DNA of 29,657 bases from assembly GCA_000388065.2 (NCBI GenBank), contig KB932211.1. One strand, written 5' to 3'. The position numbers and the translations under genes are program-made. The notes under the pieces are model-generated. The model did no database searches. It had not been told where the DNA came from and was given only the letters and a program-made list of their open reading frames with translations. Source of the stretch: Fonticula alba ATCC 38817 (Eukaryota > Protista > Nucleariida). Shown in pieces: positions 11,041-19,934 of the stretch (position 1 is the stretch's first letter; every line of letters starts with the position of its first letter).

Positions 11041-11380
11041 GTGAGCCCTCCTACGGCCCGAGGCCCGGGGCGGTTCTGCCGGTGGAGCACCTCAATATAA
11101 CTGCCGTCTACAATGGGAGAATGTTTGCCGGGCGCGCGCGGACTGGCCGCCCGGGTCCGGTGCCGGCGGGCCAGCCCCTGACGAGCCGGCGCATTCTGAA
11201 CGAAGGAGATGTCAGACTAACAACCCTCGGCCCTGGGGCAACCCCCGCGCGACCAACGGGCGGGCTGGGCCGGCTTCCTTCGTGAGCCTTCGGGAAGGGG
11301 CTGCGTTTGCGCGGGGTAAGTCATCGCAGACCCGACTCCAGAACGGCGACTATCGAGGGCCAACGGTGGCGGAGCCCTGC
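11041..11380. ncRNA. Candidate structured non-coding RNA or other functional island, family and strand unknown
   Basis: Higher-complexity sequence without homopolymer runs, several complementary segments, flanked by a T-rich tract. No family motif convincingly matched. Confidence 0.2.
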
Positions 11381-11655
11381 CCCCGCGCGCGCCGCCTGTG
11401 TTCCCCGGGCCTCGGGGGGGGCGCCGGCCACCCTGGCGCCCGGGTGGGTACATGGTCTGTTGCGCCACTGATGTTTGCGCGCGCGCGCGCGCGTGCGCGC
11501 ATGTGTGCGCGCATGTGTGCGCCGGGCACCTTCCCCGGTGTGCAGGGCGGCGCCTTTCCGCGTCAAGCGGGGTGGGGGGGCCGCCCGGAACGGCGTGTGT
11601 CTGCGGTGCTGGCTGGCCCGCGCGCGCGCCTTTGCCGGCGTGAGCATTCCGCGGG

Positions 11656-12131
11656 NNNNNNNNNNNNNNNNNNNNNNNNNNNNNNNNNNNNNNNNNNNNN
11701 NNNNNNNNNNNNNNNNNNNNNNNNNNNNNNNNNNNNNNNNNNNNNNNNNNNNNNNNNNNNNNNNNNNNNNNNNNNNNNNNNNNNNNNNNNNNNNNNNNNN
11801 NNNNNNNNNNNNNNNNNNNNNNNNNNNNNNNNNNNNNNNNNNNNNNNNNNNNNNNNNNNNNNNNNNNNNNNNNNNNNNNNNNNNNNNNNNNNNNNNNNNN
11901 NNNNNNNNNNNNNNNNNNNNNNNNNNNNNNNNNNNNNNNNNNNNNNNNNNNNNNNNNNNNNNNNNNNNNNNNNNNNNNNNNNNNNNNNNNNNNNNNNNNN
12001 NNNNNNNNNNNNNNNNNNNNNNNNNNNNNNNNNNNNNNNNNNNNNNNNNNNNNNNNNNNNNNNNNNNNNNNNNNNNNNNNNNNNNNNNNNNNNNNNNNNN
12101 NNNNNNNNNNNNNNNNNNNNNNNNNNNNNNN
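11656..12131. other. Assembly gap (476 N)
   Basis: Run of N. Confidence 0.99.
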
Positions 12132-12727
12132 GGGGGGGGGGGGGGGGGGGGGGCAGTGGGCGGAGGGGCACACGGGGGGGGGGGGGGGTGGAAGGTAAGC
12201 TGTCGCGCGCGGCCCCCCCCCCCGCTCCGCCCCGGTCGCGCGCGTTGCCCCGGCTCATGCGCCGGGGGCCCGGGAACGGGTGCGTGTTCTCCGGCGGTCG
12301 CCAGCCCGGCGTGGTGCGACGGGACACCCTGCTGCGTGGGGGTGGGGGGCGCTGAGCCATGCGGTCCGCCGCAGGGCGCCCGTCCCGCCCCCGAGGACGG
12401 CCGGGGGGGGGCGGGGGGGAGGGCGGGGGGCACATCCGCGCGCGCGCGCACTCGCCCGGGGCTCCCGCGGTCCCGGGACGACAAGCGCCCCCTGGAGCCG
12501 GCGAAAGCTCCTTCTGGCGGGCCCTTGGGTCTGAAGCCCGTCTCGGGGGCTGCCTGGCCCGGGGCGCGTGTTCCCCCCCCCCCCCCCCCCCCTTCAGAGG
12601 CTACGGGGTCCCGCGCGGGCCTCTGGGCGTGTGTATGTTGCGCGCGCATACGTGCGCGCATGTGTTGTGCCTGTGTGTCCGGGGGCGGGGGCCGGCACGG
12701 GAGCCGTGGTGCGCAAGGGCTTTTTTG

Positions 12728-12734
12728 TATAAAA
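12728..12734 (+). promoter_or_regulatory. TATA box upstream of NAP1
   Basis: TATAAAA in a GC-rich context ~230 nt upstream of the NAP1 ATG. A possible 5' UTR intron (GTACAT at ~12799 to CAG at 12920) lies between. Confidence 0.6.
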
Positions 12735-12961
12735 GCACCCGCGCCGCCGGACGCCTCCCCCAGGCCGTCCCCCCACCTCCCAGTCTGTTTTTTTTGATGT
12801 ACATTTCCCCTGCCTCTTCCCCCCCCCCTCCTCTGTCCTTCCCCCCCCCCTCCTCGCGTGCGCTCGCCGGTCTCTAACCTCGCCGCCACCCTGTGTCCGC
12901 CGTCTGTGCCCCCTCTTCAGAGCAACTTGGTGGATACATCCCTCCCGAACAGCCAATCACC

Positions 12962-14280
12962 ATGCCCATTGAGCAGATCACCAGCGACACCGAGTCCATG
13001 GCCGGCGACGTCCCCATGTCCCCCAACCTCTTCCACACCATCTCCGCGCTGGAGAGCCTCCAGGCCAAGCGCAACGAGCTGGAGGCCCAGCTGCGCCTGG
13101 AGATCTTCAAGCTGGAGTCCGAGTACCAGAAGAAGTACAACGAGCTCTACGAGCGCGTACGTGCCGCCGCCGCCACACACACACACACACACACCACACG
13201 CTCGTGGTGTGCTTGTCGCGCCCTCCCCCAGTCTCCCCCCTGGGCCGCTCTGCTCCTTCTCGAGCCACTGACCCTGCCCCTCCCCCATACCCCCCCCCCG
13301 GCCGGCGCACACACACAGCGCACTGAGATCATCTCCGGCGCCTCCCACCCCACCGAGGAGGAGCTGAAGTTCGTCGGCCCCTTCGCGCAGGACCTCCTGT
13401 CGATCGACGCCGTCAAGGACGCCCTCTCGGCCCCCTTCGACCCGGCCACCGCCGAGGGGATCCCCAACTTCTGGGCCCAGGTCCTGAACAACCACCCGAT
13501 CCTCAGCGACCTGATCAACGACGAGGATGCCGAGGCTCTGGAGTTCCTGACCAACATCACGGCCGACTACGACGCCGAGAAGCTCTTCTACTCGGTGACC
13601 TTCCACTTCTCGGAGAACCCCTACTTCACCAACGAGACCCTGGTCCGCACCTACTACCTGACCAATGACAACTCCCCGAGCAACACCTTCATGCGCCCGC
13701 TCCGCGCCACCACCACCCAGATTGACTGGAAGGACGGCAAGAACCTCATCGAGGAGGCCAGCCCCGACAGCAGCCAGGGGTCCTTCTTCCAGTTCTTCTG
13801 CGACTCCCACATCGGCCAGGTCATGGACGAGGACATGGACTCCGATGATGAGGGCTACGCCTCCATGCAGAAGATCATCCAGGACCGCATGAGCGAGGAC
13901 TTCCAGATGGGCGAGCTCATCCGCGAGGACATCGTCGGCTGCGCCATCGACTGGTACTCCGGCTATGCCCTGACCTACACCAACTACGTGCGTCTGATGC
14001 CGGCCTCCTCGCGCCCCTGCTGTCTCTCTCTCTCTCTCTCTCCCTCCCCTTTGCCCATGTCCCCGGTCTCTAACGCGCCCATTCACCGGTGCTTTCTCTC
14101 TCTCTTCCCCCCCCCCCCGCGCACACACAGCTCGACGACGATGAGGAGGAGTACGACGAGGATGACGAGGAGTACGATGAGGACGATGAGGACGACGACG
14201 ACGAGGATGAGGACGACGAGGACGACGACGCCGCCCCCGCCGGCGAGCAGGCCCGTCCCACTGAGTGCAACCAGCAGTAA
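12962..14280 (+). CDS. NAP1: Nucleosome assembly protein 1 family histone chaperone, ~337 aa
   Basis: Exons 12962-13156, 13319-13987, 14131-14280. Motifs RTEIISG, GIPNFWAQVLNNHP, DAEALEFLTNI, FHFSENPYFTNETLVRTYY, IDWKDGKNL, SFFQFF, EDIVGCAIDWYSG; acidic tail; terminal ECNQQ (CaaX-type, like the CKQQ of animal and plant NAP1). Confidence 0.95.
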
Positions 14281-15130
14281 GTGGACCCTCGCATGTGCAT
14301 GTGCGTGCGTGCGTGCGTGCGTGCACCCCCCCCCCGGTCGTCTGCGCCCTCCTTCCCTCCCCCTGTGAGGAGGGAAATGGGCTTTTATGCCCCTTAGAGG
14401 GGGCAGATGGGCGATGTCGGAGGGGCAAGGCAGCCTGCTCTCCTCTCTCCCTCTCCCTCCCCCCATGCCGCGAGAGGAAAGTGAATGTCCTCTGCGCCGG
14501 TGTGCGTGCACGCGCACCGGGGTGTGCCCAGGCCATCTCGCATGTATCCCAAGATTGCACCACATGCCGTCCGATCAGTCGGAGGGAGGGCGGGGGCGGT
14601 GTGGGAGGACCGCGCATGCGCGCGCGTCGCACACGTCCGCCCGCCCGCCCCTGTCATTTGCGGGAGAGGGAGAGAAAGTTCGCTTTTCCCCATCACCCCT
14701 CTGCTCTCTATATACACCCCCTCTCACACACATACACCCAATACATATACACATAAACACGCCACCCGCCCGATGGTTGTCCTGCCGGCCTCCCTTCTTC
14801 CCCCTCTCTCTCTCTGTTGCTGTATGCTGGGCGGGGGTGCGGATGCGGCGCGGCCAGGGGAGGGCAGGAGGATTTATGTTTGTATTTTTGTGTCTTTTCA
14901 TTTCCGAACGGGGATGTTCTGGGTCCCGGGGGAGAGGGGGATAGAGGAGGGACAGCACACTTGTCGGGGGAGGCGCCGCGGGGGCTCCTCCCTTCGGCCA
15001 AGGACAACACGCCACAAGGTCTCCCAGAGGGGGGGAGGGAGGCATGGAGGAAAGGCGCTGGAGAGCCGAGAAGAAAGGCCCGGAGGGGATGGGAACCGGG
15101 GAAGGGACCGGGGTGGCGCCGGCACGCCCA

Positions 15131-15989
15131 TCAGAGCAGGGCAAGGGTCATCTGGTCCAGGACCTCCGGGGCGGCACCGCTGGAGTTCAGCAGCTTCTGG
15201 AAGTCCTCGAAGTTGATGAGACCATCCTGGCATCGGAGAGGGGGGGGGGGATGCGTGAGAGGGCAGAAGCGAGGGAGGGAGAGAGAGAGAGAGGCAGAAT
15301 GAAAGGAGGCGAGAGCAGAGTGCGCCGATTGTGCCCGGCCGGGCACAATGCACGGCCACACGCACCCCGTCATGGTCGCCGGAAATCATGGCCCGATCGA
15401 CCAGCTGCTGCAGCTGCACCGGGCCCAGGTTGTCGCCGACCATGGTGCGAAGAACGCGGAACAGGTCGCCGGGGCTGATGAAGCCGTCCCGGTCGACGTC
15501 GTACACCCGGAACATGAACTCCAGCCGCTCCAGGTGCGTCCCGCGGGTGCTGAAAATCTTGAGTGCCTGTGGGTGGGGATGGGGGGAGGGGGCGAGGCCG
15601 GTGTGCGGCCCGGGAGGGTCAGAGGAGGGGAAGGGAAAGAGGAGGCTGGGGGAGGGGCAAACACGGAGGGAGGGGAGAGCCAGAGGGAGAGGAAGGGGAG
15701 GGCCAGAGGGGCTGCGCACCCGCGCGAACTCGGCGAAGTCCACATCGCCGCCACCGTCGGCGTCCAGGACCTGAATGATCCGCCGGGCAAGGGGGTTGGT
15801 CGAAACGCCAGCCACCGCGGCAAACTCCTCGTGGTCCACGGCGCCGGAGCCGTCGGCGTCCAGGCGCCGGAAGCGAATTAGCGCCCGAGTGAGCTCCTCG
15901 TTGGTGAGGCCGACGTCGCGGGAGAGGGAGTCCAGGGAGGCGGCCTGGTCCTCCTTGTTGGCCAGGAGCTGGGACTGGTGTGCGCCCAT
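15131..15989 (-). CDS. CNB1: Calcineurin regulatory subunit B (4 EF hands, N-myristoylation signal), ~188 aa
   Basis: Exons 15989-15720, 15566-15366, 15226-15131. MGAHQS (MGxxxS); RFRRLDADGSG; NPLARRII; FMFRVYDVDRDGFIS; MVGDNL..QLQQLVD; DHDGDGLINFEDF. Confidence 0.92.
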
Positions 15990-16010
15990 GGTGTGTACGT
16001 GCGTGCGGGG

Positions 16011-16074
16011 GTGCGGGCGTGCGGGCGTGCGGGCGTGCGGGCGTGCGGGCGTGCGGGCGTGCGGGCGTGCGGGT
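16011..16074. repeat. 8-bp tandem repeat (GTGCGGGC)x7 plus one variant, immediately upstream of the calcineurin B start codon
   Basis: Direct reading. Confidence 0.95.
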
Positions 16075-16690
16075 GGGAACGGGGTGAAGAGGGCGCTGGA
16101 GGGGAGGAGGGAGGAAGCGGATCTGCATGGATCCGCTGCACCGGGCCCCGGGTGTGCCGGCGTAAAAAAAAACTGGCCTCATTTTCCGGGGGCCCAATCT
16201 GGCAAGGGGCGGGGGGACTCGATCTTCCAGTGCGCTCCCCGCTCCCCTGCAGGCGGGGGAGTCCCCGGGAGCTCCCACACCAATACCGAAGGAGGGGGCG
16301 GGGGGGCGGGGGGGCGGGGGGGCGGGGGGGCGGGGGGCGGGAACTTCCTCTCGGGCGAGGTGGCCACACTCGGACGGGGAGCGGCGTTCGCCGGCGGTTC
16401 GACCCTCACCCCCCGGGCGCAGGCATGCCGTTCCCGGAACACCACCGAGGCGAACATCCTCTCCAGGGCCGCCCCCCCCCCCCAGACACACACACACACA
16501 CCCGCCGGGCCCCGGCCTCCGGGCGCGGGGGGACGGCCGACCCCGATCACTTGTTGGCCGCTGGTGCGCCGGCGCCCGGGAGATGTCCACACGGGGCGGG
16601 AACGCCCGGGACCCGGTCAGGGATATGCGCTCGCCCTCGAGGATACGCTGCCCTCCGCCCGCCCAGACGTTTGGGCGCGCACGCAGCCAG

Positions 16691-16725
<35 letters not shown>

Positions 16726-17332
16726 TGCACGCACGGCACGCACGCGCCCGGCCCCAGGCGACGGACCGAGGTCTCTGTCCAGTTCGCACGGCAACGTCAG
16801 CCCACATTCTCCGCAGCCCGCCCCGCCCGCGTCCCGGCAGACGCGCGCGCAGCCAGGCCACTCTGTTCGCGGCAACCGGGGTGCCGCCGCCAACGGGGCC
16901 GGGGGGGGGCGTAAGAGCGTTGACAAAGGACAGGATGTGCCAACGTACCGGCGCTTGGTCCGTGTGCTCCTCTTCCAGAACAGCCAGGCCCACCCCTCGA
17001 TCTCCGGCCTGCCCGATGGAGGCAGGGGAAAAGTCCCGCGCTTCGGGGGAGGAGCGCCGCCCGGTGCCGTCGTCGCCCTTCGCGATGAGATAGAGACGGA
17101 AGGTGTGTGCACGTGTGTGGGCGTTCGCGCACACAGGAAGAGGGTGGATAGGGAGAGTGTGTTTATGTCTTCGTGTGTCTCTGCGTGTGTGCGTGTGCAT
17201 ATATGTACATTGGGGTGTGAAAGGGAGGACAAGGGGAGGGGGCGGGGGACAGAGTGCGAGGGGAGGTCTAAGAAGCCTCGCGTGTCCGGGACGAGGGGGG
17301 CTTGCGCCAACATGGGCGCCAAGGGGCCGGCC

Positions 17333-17858
17333 TTACCGCGGGCCGCGGAAGAGGGCCAGGTAGTCATCGACGGTGGGGGGCTTGACCTTGGTCTTGGGAG
17401 CGGCATGGCTGACGTAGGGCTTGAGCTGCGCGCGGGGACCATCAGGCGAAGGAAGGGGAGCAGGCGTGTTAGGAAGAGCGTGATGGCCAAGACACATGCA
17501 ATGCCAGCCGGCCGCCCGTGGCAGGGACAGGGCCGGTGGCGGAGGACGCACCGCGAAGCCGTTGAGGTCGGGCACAATGTACTGGGTGATCTTGGTGAAA
17601 TCAACGCGGAAGCGACCTGAAGGGGGGAGGGTGTGATAAAGGAGCCGTCAATAGGCGGCTGAGAGGAGCGTCTGTGCGCACAGACACAGCTGTATAGAGA
17701 TACAGACGTATAGAGATACAGACGTATAGAGATACAGACGTATAGAGATACAGACGTATAGAGATACAGACAGACACACGGGGACACACGGGGACACACG
17801 GGGATACACGGGGATACACGGGGATACACGGGGATACACGGAGACACCCGAAGACATA

Positions 17859-17910
<52 letters not shown>

Positions 17911-18109
17911 CAAGCGCGCGAGCCACCATACATAAAGGGCAGACGAGACACAAACAGAGGAGAGGACCAGCCTAGAACGCACCCTTGTTGTCGACCTTAC
18001 CGACAGAGTGGGCGCCAACACCCTTGTAGAAGTTGCGCGGGCCATACTTGGACAGGAGAGGACGCCGGGAGGCGCCGCGGACGAAGTTGACCACGGTGCT
18101 GAGGAACAT
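17333..18109 (-). CDS. MRPL41: Mitochondrial ribosomal protein mL41 (MRPL41 / yeast MRPL27 family), ~94 aa
   Basis: Exons 18109-17983, 17616-17552, 17425-17333. Product MFLSTVVNFVRGASRRPLLSKYGPRNFYKGVGAHSVGKVDNKGRFRVDFTKITQYIVPDLNGFALKPYVSHAAP... carries the family motifs RxPLxSKxGxxxFYKGxG and YxVPDLxxFxLKPYVS. Confidence 0.88.
17692..17908. repeat. Compound 16-mer/10-mer/dinucleotide satellite in MRPL41 intron 1
   Basis: GTATAGAGATACAGAC x5 (17692-17771); GGGACACACG x2 and GGGATACACG x4 with variant flanking units (17772-17860); (CA)24 (17861-17908). Confidence 0.95.
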
Positions 18110-18742
18110 GGTGAACGGGGGGGGGTGGGGGGGGGAAAAGAGGCAAAAAGGGCGGGGAGGGAGGGGGGGAGAGAGAGGAGCTTTGTGGCCGGGTGCAGAC
18201 AGGCAGCCCGGGATCGCCCGCAAAAGCAGCCCTTCAATGCCAGCTCTCCCGGCATGCTGAGCGCCGGAGAGGGGCAGATCCGCTGGCGATCTTGCTTCGC
18301 CTCGCCGCGGATGACGCCCCCCAAGCCCGGGAGGGAGAGGACCCTGTCCCTCGAGAACGCGAGCCGGGGACCAAGAGGGCGGCTGGGCCCAGGGGAAAGC
18401 CGCGGCCCGTCCCAGCCTTTGTGTGCGGTGGTTTGGGCGCGTGCGCGTCGCGGGGCGGGCGCCGGGGCGGTCGGAGCATCCTTGTCTCGTGACCCGCGTG
18501 GAATGCCATTGCCGCGTCAGGCGCCGCGCTCCATGCCGCTGTTCTGTAGCCCTCGATCCCGGGGGCCGAGCGCTGGCACCCGGCGGGGACCCGGCACTGC
18601 CCGGCTTCCAGGCGCGTCTAGAAGGCCCGACCGTGTACCGGCGCGTGCTTGGTGCTTCGGGGCTCCTCTGGCACAAGCGCGCATGTGCGCGTGCCCGCTG
18701 GTCGGAGTGGGCACTTGGGAGTAGTGCGGAGGCGGACGCGCC

Positions 18743-18744
<2 letters not shown>

Positions 18745-18781
<37 letters not shown>
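18745..18781. repeat. Poly-G tract (37 nt) followed by further G-runs to ~18812
   Basis: Direct reading; lies between the divergent MRPL41 and HSP104 genes. Confidence 0.9.
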
Positions 18782-19505
18782 CGGGGGGGGCGGGGGTGGG
18801 GGGGGGGGGGGGGAACAGCTTCTTCCCTTTTCCTGTGCGTGTGTGTCTGGGGCTCGTCGCCCTTTGTCACACCGACCCCCGCTGTGCGGTGGGGGGAGCG
18901 AGGCCGGGAGCGGCGCGGATTTTTGGTGTTTTCCCCTCGCGTGTGTGGCCGCCGGCCCCCGAGCTCTGAGCAGTTGTTGTCTGTATGGAACCCGGGGTTT
19001 GGCTGCCCATACGCCCGCGCGCGTGTGTGGGGGGGGGGATGCGTGTGTGTATCTGCGTGCAGGCGTGCGGGCGGGCGGGCGTGCGGATGTGTAGACGCAT
19101 GTGTGTGTAGAGAAGTGATCGTGATCCCCGACGCGGCGGCCTTTCCGAGGCGCGCCCGCCGGCTGCGCGGCCACCAGGCCGAGAAGAATCCCCGCTGGGG
19201 TGCGGAGAATTACCCGGCGCCCGGGCCGCGGGCCCCCTGGTCGCCGCCGATCGGAGGGGGATTGTCGCCCCCCCCGGGGGGGGGGGGGGGCCGGGCCGGG
19301 CCGGGCCGGGGCAGGACGCGATCTTGCCACAGGTGTGCACGCTGACCTCCGTGGCCGGCGGTGCTTTCCTTGGTGGACCGCCTCGCCGCTCTGCCGGCAC
19401 CGGGTCACCTCTCCCCCCGGTGGGCCGATCACCCCCCACCCACACACCATGATCGGTCCCCCTGCCCCCTGTCGTGCCCCCGGGCCGAGGGCCAGCGGGG
19501 CCGAC

Positions 19506-19512
19506 TATAAAA
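19506..19512 (+). promoter_or_regulatory. TATA box upstream of HSP104/101
   Basis: TATAAAA ~430 nt upstream of the ATG, followed by a pyrimidine- and AC-rich leader. Confidence 0.6.
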
Positions 19513-19934
19513 GGACCCCCCTGTGGCGCCTCCTCCCCAGGTAGCTCCAACCCTGAACATCTCCCCCCTCAGCATACATACACATTTGTTACATCCCACA
19601 CGCACTCTCCCCTCTTTCCCCCTCTTGCGCGGAGGCACACTCCTCCTCCTCTCCCACTCCCATCTCCTTTTTTTTCACCCACACACCCCAAGCACAAGCA
19701 TCGACAGGTACCTACCTACCTACCTGCCTACCTGCCCGCCTGCCTACCAGCGCCCCGCCCCCGCCACCTCTGCACGCCATCCCCGCCCCGGACGCACACA
19801 GCCAACTTACACACACACACACACACCTACCTACCACGACACAGGCAGCATAAGGATCAAGAACTCGCTCCAGCCCCTCTGCCCCCACAACAACAACACC
19901 ACCAACAACAACCCCCCTACAAAGACACGCAGTC

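Noticed and set aside
11170-11230. Hammerhead-like CTGACGA core, group I R-like GTCAGACTAA, and telomerase-template-like CTAACAACCCT
   Set aside because: No correctly placed GAAA with stems I-III, no P/Q/S elements, and no terminally repeated template.
11082-11285. 67-aa ORF (…EHLNITAVYNGRMFAG…) as a small protein
   Set aside because: No recognisable homology, GTG start, and no genome-typical splice sites. Left for BLASTx under the island finding.
11220-11325. U1 snRNA-like words on the minus strand (ACTTACC, TCACGAAGG, CCCAGGGCCGAGG)
   Set aside because: ACTTACC is not followed by TGG, spacing is wrong, and there is no U1A loop (ATTGCAC) or Sm site.
1074-17908. Tandem arrays as CRISPR-like or telomeric repeats
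   Set aside because: No unique spacers, no cas genes, eukaryotic intronic context, and no (TTAGGG)n-type unit.
18300-19500. Heat-shock elements upstream of HSP104
   Set aside because: Only isolated or mismatched nGAAn units (e.g. CTCGAGAA ~18351, TCTAGAA ~18617); no contiguous three-unit HSE seen.
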